Notes: generated by a model not told the origin, from the sequence alone. Shown: positions 19,993 to 31,698, numbered from the stretch's first letter. The stretch: DNA of 64,000 bases from an uncultured bacterium (GCA_963749495.1 CAVVMW010000021.1:704001-768000), one strand, 5' to 3'. Translations and numbers: made by a program.

Positions 19993-21401
19993 ATGACGGA
20001 CGACTTCCAGTTGTTGCGGCAATACGCGCAAGGCTCCGAATCGGCCTTTGGCGAATTGGTGTCGCGCTACGTGAACTTGGTCTATTCGGCGGCGCTGCGG
20101 CAGACCGGCAATGTTCAGCACGCACAAGACGTGGCCCAAACCGTCTTCGCCGCGCTGGCGCGCAAGGCGCGAACGCTTTCGCACAACGTTGTCCTCGGCG
20201 GCTGGCTCTACCGCCATACCTGTTTCGCCGCCGCGCAGACGATGCGAACCGAACGCCGCCGTCAGGCTCAGAGAGGCGGGCTGTCACCATGGATGAACTC
20301 CAAAACCGCAGCGAAACCGATTGGGAGCGGCTGGCGCCCGTGCTCGACAACGCCATGAGGAGCCTGGGCGGAGCCGATCGCGACGCCATTGTGCTGCGCT
20401 ACTTCGAGAAACGCGACCTCCAAGGCGTTGGCGCCGCGCTCGGCATCAGCCAGGAAGCCGCGCGAAAGCGAGTGACTCGCGCGCTGGAGAAATTGCGCGG
20501 TCAACTTGCTCGCAAGGGCGTCACTTCAACCGCAGCCGCGCTGGCGTTTACGCTGGCAGGAAATGCCATTACTGCCGCACCTGCCGGTTTTGCGGCAACG
20601 CTCACCAGCACTTCGCTGGCGGGCGTTGCGGCAGCCGGAACAACATTCAGTATTCTCGGATTTATGACCAAACTCCAAGCAGGAATCATCAGTGCCCTCC
20701 TTGTCGCTGCCACAGTCACGCCGTTGCTGATTCAACATCGAGCTCAAGCCAGGCTGCGTGAAAAGAACCAGATGTTGGAGCAGCAAGCGGACCGACTAGT
20801 GCAACTGGCAGCCGAAAACGAACGACTTTCAAACCTTGTCGCGAACGCAAGCCGGCCGGTCGCGAACGACCAGGTCAACGAACTCATGCGCCTGCGGGGC
20901 CAAATGGGCGCGCTTCGGCGGCAGACCAATGAACTGGGAGAACTCCAGGAAGAGAATCGTCGGCTGAAACAAGCGGCCTCGCCAGAAGTGGCGGCCGGAG
21001 CGGCCACAGCGGCGCTCCAGAGCCGGAAGGCAGGCTTCGCTAGGAATTTCGCCCTGGCTCTGATTTCTTATGCCTCCGAGAACCAGAACCAGTTTCCCAC
21101 GAATTTCGACCAAATCAGCCGCTACTTGCCGGCGGTGTTCCAGCACCTTCCGGTGCCGACTTCCGACTTGGATGGTTTCATCCAAGCGACCAACCAATTT
21201 GAAATCGTTTTCCATGGGTCTTTCGATGATGCGTTGACCCATCCAGGTTCGGTGGTCGTGGTGCGTGAACGTCAGGCCTGGCTGACGCCCCTGGGCTTTT
21301 GGGCGAAGACCTACGGCTTCGCCGACGGTCACTGTGAAACTCACACCTCGACCGATGGTGACTTCAAGAGATGGGATTCCACGCCCTCGGACGGCAAGTG
21401 A
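19993..21401 (+). pseudogene. ECF sigma factor with C-terminal extension, frameshift near 20270
   Basis: Sigma2 in ORF 19993-20358; sigma4 and extension (YGFADGH) in ORF 20289-21401. Confidence 0.85.
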
Positions 21402-21541
21402 GAAGCGACCAATGACCGAAGCGGGTTCTGATCTCTGCGCAAAATGGAGAGTGGGCGGCCTTCTTTGTTCCCACGCTGAGCTCGGCAGTCATCTCGTGCG
21501 ATACGGGGTATGAAGCCGCCGTTGTGCCGCGCTTGAAATGA

Positions 21542-21646
21542 CGGATGGTTCTCTCTGAACTGCGCGCGCATGGGGGAATGCCGTGGACTTGCACCACGTG
21601 CCCGAAGGCACGCACTGTTTAGCAAACAGACCCGGCTCACTCGTCC
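21542..21646 (-). pseudogene. Second, diverged copy of the tRNA-Ile 5' half plus a truncated tRNA-Ser(GCT)
   Basis: Aligns with 2439-2544; Ser loop TT-GCT-AA; cut by the transposon end. Confidence 0.8.
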
Positions 21647-21744
21647 AATATCCAGAACTCCTGACATAGGCGTCAAGCAAATGTCCGCTTTTTGTGTCCA
21701 CTAAGGGACCATGCCCAGTTTGATCCGCCGAGTTCTGCGACGAT

Positions 21745-21994
21745 GGCGGCTAAACCCGGCAAACTCTCCTTCAAAGAAGCGCGTGAATTGGAAGGCATTG
21801 AGCCGCAAATTCTCGCCTTGGAGGAGGAGATTGCGCGGATTGAAGGTTTGTTCGCGTCGCCCAATTTTCATCGCACCCACGCAACACAAACCAACGAACT
21901 GCTTGCAGAGCTGGCGTCCGCCAAGCAAAAGCTGCCCCAGCTTTACGCCCGGTGGGAGGAATCGGAAGCGTTCAAGTCCGTCTCCGCAAAGTGA
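21745..21994 (+). pseudogene. C-terminal fragment of an ABC-F (Uup-like) ATPase
   Basis: KLSFKEARELEGIEPQILALEEEI...LYARWEE coiled-coil C-terminal domain. Confidence 0.75.
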
Positions 21995-21999
21995 GCCGT

Positions 22000-23543
22000 T
22001 TATGGTTTGGGTGGCACCGTCACATCCGTGATCTCCATTTTCGCGTAATAGTCCTTGAGCACGCAACGGAGGGTGAAGACCTGCCCTTTGCGAACCTCCT
22101 CGCCGCGCAAGAATTGGAAGAAGGTTTTCTCGTCGGTACGGTTTCCCGTCGTTGACCCCGCGAATGTCCTCAAAGCGCGCGTTCTCCGCGTGCAAGCCGG
22201 TCTGTTTGTCATTCATCTTGTCGAATAGCCAGAAGATGGGTGCGCCGGTGTTGGAGGCTTCCAGGGCGGCCACTTGCTCCTTGCTCAAAAACTTGCGCAC
22301 GCCTTTCCAATCAGACATTAACATGAAATCGCTCCCGTAGTAGTCGCGCGTTTGCGCCCCGCGCGATAAAAGAAAGCGACTGTGATCAACGCTGAAATAA
22401 GCCTCGCCCGTATGCACCCCGTCGCCCGTCAACTCGCGCGAACCCTCCCGTGTCTGCAACGCCCGAACGAATGCCAACGGTCGTCACTCCCTTCAGCGGC
22501 AGGTCCTTTTTCAATTCTTGGCCGCCGACAAAGGTCAACTCTTCCTGAAATTCCCCGCCCGGAGCCTCCCCGCGCACGACAAACGTCCCGGGAGTCACCC
22601 GCGCAAATTGAAAACGTCCCTGGCTGTCGGCGCGCATCACGTCCCAATCGCAGATGCGCACGATCGTCTTCGACGCCGGTTGACCGTCCGGCCGCAACAC
22701 CCGTCCGGTAAAGGACGCGGCGTCTTTGGCGGAAAGCGGCTCCAGATCAAACTCGCGCCCCTTCACGACGGCTTTTTCGTCAACGCCAATCGGCTCGTTG
22801 ATGGCTTTGCAGCCCGGGGCGATGATCCGCAGAGGGGCAGTCTTCCCATCACGCGGCACGTGAATGACCAGGACGCCTGACTCCGGCATTGAATATTCTT
22901 GATAAACCATAGCCAGAACGTCCACCGGCCTGACTCCAGGCGGCAGACGCAGCTTGGCCACCAAAAAATTGCAGTCCCGCAACACATCGTCTCTCGCCGG
23001 GGCCAGATATTTAACTAATCCGTCCGCATCACCGCTGTCGATGAAGGGCTTTACCTTATTCTGATCTGGAACAAACGCCTTGGCCAGGAGTTCCTCCATG
23101 TCTTTGGTCAAAGGCAGGTTGACCGCGCGGCGTGCGGCGAGGACGTGCCGCAGGAACGACTCCGGCCGCGGTTCATATCCGCTGGTCTGCTCCAGAACGC
23201 GCCCGCTCGATGAATCCAGGAACACGAGTGTAGGGTAGCCGCCCGCATTGAATTTCTTGTTCAGGGCCGCGTCTTCGTAGGCTTTGACCCAGACGAACTC
23301 CTTCAGGCCGGAGAGAACGGCGGGCGACGGCAACGTCTGGCTTTCCAGCATTTTACACGGGCCACACCAAGTCGCTGTCAACATGAGGAAAAGCGGCCGC
23401 TTCTCCGCCTTCGCCTTGGCCAGCGCGCCCGCGTAGTCCTTCTCCCACGGCAACGACTCTCCGTCCACGAACAGCGCGGAGGACAAAAGGGCAAGAACGA
23501 GTAAAGCGGCCTGAAGACGCGGCGGTTGTTGTTGCTTTTTCAT
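22000..23543 (-). pseudogene. Exported thioredoxin-family protein with a carboxypeptidase-regulatory domain, two frameshifts
   Basis: WEKDYAGALAKAK, TATWCGPCK, GYPTLVF; continues in ORFs 21701-22477 and 22000-22212. Confidence 0.75.
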
Positions 23544-23673
23544 CTGATATGTGAACAATTGAGTTAAGAAACTGAATTAGGCAATTAAAAAGACGCTGGC
23601 CAAGGAAAGTTCAACGGCACAAACGCGCGAAGGTGCGTCATTAACGTCGGACACAGGATGCCCGCTTTTTGCC

Positions 23674-25959
23674 TCAAGATGCTTTCCGAATTGCGCAATG
23701 CAGGCGCAAGCGGGAACCTGGGAAAATGGTTTTCGTCTGGTTGAGTTCCGAGCAGAGCGCCGCGATGGCATCCGTGCGGTGCGCCGAACTTTGCGCCGCC
23801 AGCGTTACGCGCAACTCCGTTTGGGTGACTTCCAGATCAGCCGCGCTGGCCAAAGCCGATTGGATCAGAGTTCGGCCTTCCTCGCCCGCCCTCCGGTAAT
23901 GGGGCGCGACTAACCGGAGCAGATCGCTTTCGGCTTGATAGGCCACCATCTTGATCAGGTTGGTGAGGTGTTTTCGTTCGGGGGCCAGTTCGACGACCGG
24001 CTCTTCCGTGACGGCTTGGATGGGAACTCGGCGTGGCACGGCGGCGCGACGTTTTTCCAGTTGCAGCACCCGCTGCCAGGCATTCCAGATTTTCTGGCCC
24101 AGTTTTCCTTGCGCGATTTTGAACCCGCGCATCGTCCGGCGCTGGCGTTCCAGGGTGGTCAGCGCCTCCAGTCCGTATTCGGCTTGCAGTTGATCCAAGT
24201 GCGCCCAGGCTTGGCGGAGTTGGCCGTCCACAGCAGCCCACGCCGGGTTGGGAACCTCCCGGGTGGGATCGTCAGGCAGTGCGGCATATTCGACCAAGGC
24301 ATCCAACGCGTATTCCTCGCGCAGGTATTTGAAGAAGTTTTCTTGACGCCAACGCTCAAACATTCGATAGGCCGCTTGGGCAGGCGACAAATCCCGCCGG
24401 GAGGTCAGGATGGGAGTTTGATGGCCCTCGTCGGTGAGGCGAGTGACCTGCCGCAAACGCAGCCGGCCCTTGAGCAAGCGCACCTCTTGGTCAGCCAGGA
24501 CATAGGTCACGGTTCGTCCGTCGCGGCGTGTGCGGCAGGCGTGGAAATTTTTGCGGGGGATGCGGGGACCACGGCCCTTGCGGTAAGTCAGCAGGTCAAA
24601 GCCAGAGGCCAGTATTTGCTGCAAGAGTTTGGGACTGTAGCCGCCCCGATCAAAGACGACCGTGAGGCGTCGCTGGCCCACCAAGGCGCGGACCTGGTCG
24701 AGGATGCCAGGCAGCATCTTGACCAGGCCGGCGTTGGCTTGCGCGGTGATGACAAAGAGCGGCTCGCCGGCACTGTCGTTGACCCAGTAATCGGAAGTGG
24801 CCGGCAACGAGATGCGCATGCGAGCGACATGAGCCTTGGGCAAGGCGTGTTGGCCGTGGTAAACCCGCACATGCCCGTCGGCGTAGAGGAAGCCCAGAGC
24901 CGCGCCGCGCAAGGCCACCCGTTGCTGGGCCAGAGCTTGGCCAAATTGCACGGCCCTTCCCACGGCGGCTAGGCGGGCCAATTTGCGCCGCAGCGTTTTG
25001 AGTTCGGGTGCCCGGTCCAGTCCCAACACGCGCCCCAAGTCCTGGGGCGAATACTCTTTGAGGCCCTCAGGCCGTTTGATCCGCCACAGCGCCATGAGCA
25101 GCAGCGTCAGCAAGCTGGTGCGCAACCCATAAAAGGACGGGCCAAGACTGCCGTAGATTTTTTGCGCGCACTCGAACACGCCGCTGGCAACCAGGACCGG
25201 CAAGGCCAGGAGCACTCCGGCGCGCGGCACCGCCGTGGCGGAGCCAAAGAGCGGAGGCGCATCTTCCAACAAACCCAGACGCGCCAGCAACCGGTCAGTG
25301 CAACGGTCACCCGGATCGGTATCGTGGCTGGCGACGGAACTCTCTTTGCTGGCGCCGCAAAAAGCGGACAGGTTTGAGTCCACACTTTGCGTCGAGGCCA
25401 ACGGTGATGATGGCGCGGCAGGCATGGAACCGGACAGGGATGGGTTCGCAGGAGGCGTCGCATCCAAGGGTAATTGGTTCTGCACAGGGGATGTGGCTTT
25501 CCAACCCAAGCGTCGGAGGAGATTGCGGATGGCTTTCTCATTGACACCCATCCGACGTGCGATCTCGCGCTGGCCAACGCCTTGGGCTTTGAGGCGTTGA
25601 ATCAACTGTTCCCGCGCCGCCGCCAATCGGGCGCGTCCAGGTGGATAACCGCCCGTGCGTCCCAAGGCAGCCAATCCGCCTTCCTCAAAACGTCGTTGAT
25701 GCCGTCGCACCGTGCGCGCGGCGCAAGCGAAAGCCCGCGCAACCTCTTGTTGACTGGCCCATCCTTGTTCGACCAAATTGACCATAGCGTAAGCCTCCGC
25801 CATCCGATCCGTCCGCGCATACTGAGCCAGAGCGATCCCCGAAACGAGCACCACACAGTGGCCCTCTTGACTTCTCACCATGCACCGCGAATTGATCACG
25901 CACACATTTTCCGGATTGCGGACTTCTGGAAACAAATCCTCATTTTGATTGACATGCAT
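23674..25959 (-). CDS. Large DDE transposase with N-terminal HTH domains
   Basis: Two HTHs; LYADGH, VFDRGG, YRMFERWRQENFFK (IS4/IS1380-clan-like catalytic motifs). Confidence 0.85.
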   Translation of the reverse strand: MHVNQNEDLFPEVRNPENVCVINSRCMVRSQEGHCVVLVSGIALAQYARTDRMAEAYAMVNLVEQGWASQQEVARAFACAARTVRRHQRRFEEGGLAALGRTGGYPPGRARLAAAREQLIQRLKAQGVGQREIARRMGVNEKAIRNLLRRLGWKATSPVQNQLPLDATPPANPSLSGSMPAAPSSPLASTQSVDSNLSAFCGASKESSVASHDTDPGDRCTDRLLARLGLLEDAPPLFGSATAVPRAGVLLALPVLVASGVFECAQKIYGSLGPSFYGLRTSLLTLLLMALWRIKRPEGLKEYSPQDLGRVLGLDRAPELKTLRRKLARLAAVGRAVQFGQALAQQRVALRGAALGFLYADGHVRVYHGQHALPKAHVARMRISLPATSDYWVNDSAGEPLFVITAQANAGLVKMLPGILDQVRALVGQRRLTVVFDRGGYSPKLLQQILASGFDLLTYRKGRGPRIPRKNFHACRTRRDGRTVTYVLADQEVRLLKGRLRLRQVTRLTDEGHQTPILTSRRDLSPAQAAYRMFERWRQENFFKYLREEYALDALVEYAALPDDPTREVPNPAWAAVDGQLRQAWAHLDQLQAEYGLEALTTLERQRRTMRGFKIAQGKLGQKIWNAWQRVLQLEKRRAAVPRRVPIQAVTEEPVVELAPERKHLTNLIKMVAYQAESDLLRLVAPHYRRAGEEGRTLIQSALASAADLEVTQTELRVTLAAQSSAHRTDAIAALCSELNQTKTIFPGSRLRLHCAIRKAS

Positions 25960-26349
25960 ACCGGGTCAAACTACCCGGTGTTCAAAAAAGCGGACAGGTT
26001 TGAGTCCGCACCCCGCCGCCGCCTCAAAACGTAGAAATCCCCGGAAAACCGCGGACAATCGACGAGGCTATGTCAGGAGTTCTGGATATCGGAACGGTGC
26101 CCCGGTTTTATCGGCATTCGAAGCGGCAAACAACCGAAAGATAGCGGACCCTTCTGAGCTGCTGCCATACGGCAAGACGCCCGAACAACGAGCGGCAGTG
26201 CAGAGATGGATCCAGCGGTTCAACGATGCCATCAAATGAATCGATCCGCTCCTGCTGGCAGATTCGGATCCTCCAGCCCGATTTTCGCCTGGCGCGCAAG
26301 GCGCCGTCCGTAGCGAGTGTTCTGCAGTTCATTTTCCCCCCAAAGAATC

Positions 26350-26394
26350 TTTACATGTGTAAAGATTCCTCTTGACAACCTCTACACTTGTAGA
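26350..26394 (+). promoter_or_regulatory. Two BlaI/CopY-type operators flanking a TTGACA -35
   Basis: TTTACA-TG-TGTAAA and TCTACA-CT-TGTAGA; TTGACA at 26372. Confidence 0.8.
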
Positions 26395-26413
26395 TATATC
26401 TGGGCCGTATCGT

Positions 26414-26839
26414 ATGAAAAAAGGCAAAATCGAACTGACCGAAGCCGAGTGGACCATCATCAAGGCCGTCTGGGCCGCCGAACCGTGCACCGCCCCGGCC
26501 ATCCAGGAGAAGGTGCGCTCGGCCACCGATTGGACCTACTCGACCGTGCGCACGCTCATGGATCGCATGGTCGCCAAGGGCCTGCTGAGCGCCGAAAAGG
26601 CCCGCCACGTCACGCTCTTTCGCTCGGCGGTCACCCGGGAGCAGGCCCAGCGAAGCGAGCTCCTTTACGCCCTCAAACACGCCTTCAACGGCGCGCTGAC
26701 CCCGATGGTCCAGTGTCTGCTCGACACGGGCGACATCTCCCCCCAGGAACTCGCCCAGTTGGAGGCCCTGATCAAGGCAAGACGAGGAGCCCGGAAAAAG
26801 TCCGCCTCCTCGAGTCCTGGAGACCAACGCCCCGGTTAA
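26414..26839 (+). CDS. BlaI/MecI/CopY family repressor
   Basis: LTEAEWTIIKAVW...WTYSTVRTLMDRMVAKG. Confidence 0.92.
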   Translation: MKKGKIELTEAEWTIIKAVWAAEPCTAPAIQEKVRSATDWTYSTVRTLMDRMVAKGLLSAEKARHVTLFRSAVTREQAQRSELLYALKHAFNGALTPMVQCLLDTGDISPQELAQLEALIKARRGARKKSASSSPGDQRPG

Positions 26840-26857
26840 CCCTTTGCGGACCTCGCC

Positions 26858-29455
26858 ATGAACTCGACTATTCTCACTTTGAACCATTGGGCAGGGCCGG
26901 TCCTGGCTTTTGCCTGGCCGATGCTCTGGCAGTCCAGCCTGCTCATCGGCTTCTTGCTGGCCCTGGACCTCGTCTTCCGCCGCAAGCTGCGCGCCTCGGT
27001 GCGCTACGCGGTCTGGCTCGTGGTGCTGGCTAAACTCGCGCTGCCGCCGTCGATGGCGCTGCCCACCGGCCTGGGCTGGTGGCTGCGTCCGGCCGCAACC
27101 GCGCCCGTCGCACCTCGCCCGGCTGTGGTGTCCGTCACCTACGGACCGATCTTGGCCCTGCCGCCCCAAGGGCACATGGCCGCCCTGACCCAGCCCGCGC
27201 TTCCGGCGCCGCGGCTCTCTGCTGCGGCCTGGGCGCTGGCGACGGCGGGCGCGGTCAGTCTTGGTTTGCTGGCCTGGATGCTGGTCCGCTGGCGGCAGGT
27301 CGCCCGGGAGGCGAGGCGCGCGGCGCCCGCCCCGGACTGGATCGAGGAACTCTTCGTCCAAGCGCGGCGGCGGAGCGGTCTGCGGCGGGGTGCGCGGCTC
27401 AGGCTGATCGATCGCCCGATGTCGCCGGCGGTCTGCGGCCTGCTGCGCCCGGTCGTCCTGGTGCCGCGCGCGCTGGCCGAGCAGCTTCCGCCGGACCAAC
27501 TGCGGTCCGTGCTCCTGCACGAACTGGTCCATCTCCGGCGCGGCAACCTCTGGCTCAGCTTCGTCCAATCTTTGCTCCAGATTATCTATTGGTGGCATCC
27601 GCTGCTCTGGCTCGCCAACGCCCGCATCCGCCGCGCCCGCGAGGAGGCCGTGGACGACGCTGTCATGCTCGCCCTCGAGGGCGACGCCGAGGCCTACGCG
27701 CCCACGCTGCTCGAAGTGGCCAGGCTGTCCCTCGCGCGTCCGCCGCTCAGCCTGGGCCTGGTGGGCATCTTGGAATCCCGCAGTTTCCTGCGCCAGCGCA
27801 TCGAGCGGCTGCTTGATTTCCGCCCGCCCCGCCGGGCCGGGCTGACGCTCGCCTCGCTGTTCTCCGTCGCCGCCTTCGCCGCCATGGCCCTGCCCATGGG
27901 CCAGGCGCCGGCCCGACCGGGAAGGCCGAACCCAAGGTCATGGTCCAGGTCGCAGAACCCGCGTCCTCGGATTTGGATGCCGAAGCGCTTTCAGCGACTT
28001 CTACGCCCCCGCCTGCTACAAACCACCCACAGGATTTGGGGTCTGGTTGGGGCCGGACAAACATCGCCTTCCCCGGCCGCGGTCGCCGGCTCATTGCCAG
28101 CAAGCTCGACCGCATCTACCTGGATGAGGTCCAACCGATGGACAACATCCCGCTGAGCGAGGTGATCAAGTTCCTCGATGACCAGGCCCGCAAACGCGAC
28201 CCCGACGGCCTCGGCATCAATTTCATCCTCGCCCCCCATGCTGGCACCGTCGGCCATACCGACCCCTCCACGGGTCTGCCGGCGGCCGCCTGGCCCGAAC
28301 TAGTGGAGATGGGCGACATCGGCATCACGATCAGGCTGGCCCTCCATGACATCCGCCTGGCCGACTTCCTCGATGTCATCGTCAGAGACGTCCGACCAGC
28401 CGATCAGTTACTCGATCGAGGATTATGGCGTGGTCTTTTCAATGAAAGGGCCCGATCCAACGCCGCTTTACTTCCGCGTCATCAAGGTTGATCCCAACAC
28501 CTTCGAACAGGGCCTGCGGAGGTTACTGGCGGAGCCCACTGCGGACAATCGCACCGAAACCCTCCTCGGGCTGACGCGCCGGTTCCTCATTCAACTGTGC
28601 GGAGTGGATATGACTCCCCCCAAAAGCTTTTTCTACAGCCACGGCGAAGGCTCATTGTTGATCTATGCCACCCTCACCGATTTGGACACAATCGAAAGGG
28701 CCGTTGAGGTTCTCAACATCAGCCCCCATCAAGTCAACATCAAGACCGTGTTCGTCGAGTTGCCGAAAGCGGATGCGCGCGCCTTCTGGGAGAAATTCGG
28801 CTACACCAACCAGCCCGCCTCACCAGGCCGCGTCAGGACCACGACCCTCACTGCCGCTGAGGCTGAAGGCCAACTCCGCCGGTGGAAATCCCCGGGCGGC
28901 ACCAACATCCTCGGCTCGATAGCGGTCACGACCCTGGATGGACGGAAATCGCAAGCCATGATTGTGGATCTGCGGAAGATAATGACCCGAGACGCCAATG
29001 GCCGGCCCAAACCGGAGACCGTGTCCCTCGGGCCGACCTTGGACATCACCCCTCACCTGACGGAGGACCAACTGCGGGTCGAGATGGACTTGGGGGCGAA
29101 AGTCGTGGACCTCGTCGGCTACAACGGCACGCCGCTCTCTTCGCCGATTCCCTCAGCCTCGGGCGCCAATTCTGCGTCAGCTACGCCGCCCTTGGCCGTG
29201 CCACGCGTCCGCGTGGCGCGGCCCACCGCCCCCGTGCCGGTCGAGGATGGCCACACTGTCGTCCTGGGCAATTTCGCCATTGAAGACGTCGGCGCACTGG
29301 AAGAGCGGGTCCCGGTCCTGGGAGACATCCCTGTCATCGGGCGGCTTTTCCGCAGCGAGTTCGAGCAGGCCAACGGCAGCGACATCCTGGTCTTCGTCAC
29401 CCCAACCATCATCGATCCCGCTGGCAACCCCATCCGCGCCCCCGGGAGCAGATAG
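26858..29455 (+). pseudogene. M56 (BlaR1-like) metallopeptidase fused to a secretin/GspD-like domain; frameshifts near 27925 and 28390
   Basis: HELVH, WWHPLLW, EEAVD; C-terminal VPVLGDIPVIGRLFRS, LVFVTPTIID. Confidence 0.85.
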
Positions 29456-29617
29456 CGCCGCGCCGCGCAGTGCCGTCGGGAATGGATTGAACTTTGGACA
29501 GGTAACAGGCAGCATACGCGTTGTCCGAGCCACCGGTTATTCGGGTGGATGGAGCACCTTTGTGGCGATGAATCAATGTCCGGAGAAATCGCGTTGAATC
29601 CCGTGCACACTGCGCCC

Positions 29618-30502
29618 ATGAGGAAGCAGGTCAGAATTGCGCTTGCGATGGTGCTGCTCGGCACCGTCGGCGCGATCGTGTGGTGGTTTCTGGCGCCGCG
29701 TTCCACTGCAAGACCTTTCGCCTCCGGCGCGCGCGCAGGTCCCGCCCAGTTCCTCGAGGTGAGCGCCGAGATCAATACAACGAAGTGGACTACCGCTGCC
29801 CCAGGCACGAGGAAGGAGTTCCACTCAAGTTTTAGCGCTCGCTGCCTGGCTGGCACGAACAGGTGGATCATCAAAGACAATGCCGGTAGTAACGGCAGGG
29901 ATATTTGGTGTTTCACAGGCTCCAACATCGTCAAACACACGGTCATTACCAAGGAACCCATCGCCCAGGATCTCCAGCAGGTTCGGGATTGGGCATCAAC
30001 CAAACTCCTTGGCCGCCAGCCAAAGCCTAGGCCCGGCCCGAAAATGCCCCATTGGAGAGAGGTGTGGACCAACGTCTTTGCCTCCATCAACGGGTGTCCG
30101 CCGCAAACGATGCAGAGTCTTCCTTGGCTGGCCTTCTGCTCGGGCCATTTCCTGAGGACTGTGGGCAGGGAGATCCCCCTGCCCTTCCATTCCTTTCGCG
30201 AACAGCGCTACTCCGATGAGACCTCGACTTTTGACGACCCCGGCGGATTGCCACGGCGTGTCGAGTTCTACACTCCCGACCGGAAGCTCGTGTGCCGCTA
30301 CGAGGTCCAGCGGTCAACCAATTACGGGAGCCGCACTGTTCCACTGGAATTCAAGGTGGAGCAGTATCGTGACAGCGCATCCGGCGCCTGGGAGCTTTGG
30401 GCGCAAGCGATCGGCAGGGTGACATCCCTGCGCCAAGTCGAGCGATTTGAAATCCCGCCGGAGGTCGAAGGTGCCCTCCAGAGCCAGGTGCCTCATCCAT
30501 GA
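29618..30502 (+). CDS. Hypothetical membrane-anchored protein
   Basis: N-terminal TM; PWLAFCS motif resembles the ECF extension at ~39000. Confidence 0.7.
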   Translation: MRKQVRIALAMVLLGTVGAIVWWFLAPRSTARPFASGARAGPAQFLEVSAEINTTKWTTAAPGTRKEFHSSFSARCLAGTNRWIIKDNAGSNGRDIWCFTGSNIVKHTVITKEPIAQDLQQVRDWASTKLLGRQPKPRPGPKMPHWREVWTNVFASINGCPPQTMQSLPWLAFCSGHFLRTVGREIPLPFHSFREQRYSDETSTFDDPGGLPRRVEFYTPDRKLVCRYEVQRSTNYGSRTVPLEFKVEQYRDSASGAWELWAQAIGRVTSLRQVERFEIPPEVEGALQSQVPHP

Positions 30503-30610
30503 GATCAGGAGCGGATCGAGAATCAACCTTCTGGCCGTAGCCGCTTTGGTCCCCCTTGGTGCGCTGGCGGGCCTCTCCGCGCGCAGGAACGGGCGAACCC
30601 GTCCTTCGAC

Positions 30611-31339
30611 TCAGCGGCGCAATTCTGCCTGGAGCTGCTTGGCCATTTCGGCGCGCTCTCGGGTAATCCCAAGCGGGATGTAGAAGACTGGCCCCAATGT
30701 TGCCCAACTGCTGGGACCATAGGAAAAAGGGATCAACTTCAGCGTCACGCGATGATCCGGTGTTGTCTCGAAAACCGCCTGCAACACGTCCCAGGATGAT
30801 GTGGGTTCCCTCTCCTGCGACAGGGGTCTCAATCTCGGCCGCGCGCAAACGGCAACCCACGCAGAGCCTGTTTTCTCGAAGAATTGTGGCCAGGTGAAGC
30901 CATGCTCGTTGGCCACGGTGTGGACTGCGTCCTCGAAACGGCGCCGCTGCTCGGCGCGCGGCAGGTCCGGCAGTTGAATGTTGGGCACTGGGTTGATTTC
31001 CGCATCCGCTGACCGGCACCAGTCAATGGTCTGCTCACCCTGGGCCTCAGGGTGGAGAGCGCAAGCCGCATCGAACTTATCCGACGCCTCCTGGACCTTT
31101 CCTTCGCGCGACAGTGAATCAGCCTCTCTCATCAGGGCCCTGGCTTTGGACTGCCTCTCCGCCAAGGCACCCGCCACGCCTGAAGCTGCCGCAGGCTCTT
31201 TTGGACTAACGGTATTGGTGCCCTTCTCACCAGGAACCTGAGCAGCCCCCTTCCGCTCTTCTGCGGAATCCGATGGTTCTCCGGCCCCCCAAAATGCTGC
31301 CGCCAAGCCCACAGCGAAGAAAGGAAAGAAGTGTTTCAT
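30611..31339 (-). CDS. Hypothetical exported protein
   Basis: Signal peptide MKHFFPFFAVGLAAA. Confidence 0.6.
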   Translation of the reverse strand: MKHFFPFFAVGLAAAFWGAGEPSDSAEERKGAAQVPGEKGTNTVSPKEPAAASGVAGALAERQSKARALMREADSLSREGKVQEASDKFDAACALHPEAQGEQTIDWCRSADAEINPVPNIQLPDLPRAEQRRRFEDAVHTVANEHGFTWPQFFEKTGSAWVAVCARPRLRPLSQEREPTSSWDVLQAVFETTPDHRVTLKLIPFSYGPSSWATLGPVFYIPLGITRERAEMAKQLQAELRR

Positions 31340-31455
31340 ACAATAGGTCCCTCGCCAAGTCATTCACCGATCATTCCTCCGCACGTTGACACGAAGCGTT
31401 CGAAAAGCAAGAACTCTTCGCGGGCGCGTTCCAGCTCCCGGTTCAGTTAATGGAT

Positions 31456-31698
31456 TTGGAGGGCTGGTATGTCGAACCCAGTTTGCGGGGGCGCGGCACT
31501 GGAAGGCAACTGCTTCAGGCAGCCGAGCGATGGGCAGCCGCCCGGAACCTGACAGAACTGGCCAGCGACGCCGAGTTGGAGAATACGGGGAGCATCCGTG
31601 CTCATTTTGCCTGCGGGTTTGCCGAAACCTGCCGTGCGGTGCATTTCATCAAACCAATCCCCTCGAAGGTTGGCACTTCCACGAAATCGGAAGGCTGA
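31456..31698 (+). pseudogene. C-terminal fragment of an AAC(6')-I-like GNAT acetyltransferase
   Basis: LEGWYVEPSLRGRGTG...ELASDAELEN..SIRAH...GF.ET. Confidence 0.8.

Larger units (their letters stand above)
21648..26089. mobile_element. 4.4-kb cargo-carrying DDE transposon
   Basis: Perfect 22-bp IR ATATCCAGAACTCCTGACATAG at 21648-21669 and 26068-26089; subterminal AAAAAGCGGACA motifs. Confidence 0.8.

Noticed and set aside
31456..31698. Functional aminoglycoside resistance gene
   Set aside because: N-terminal half is missing
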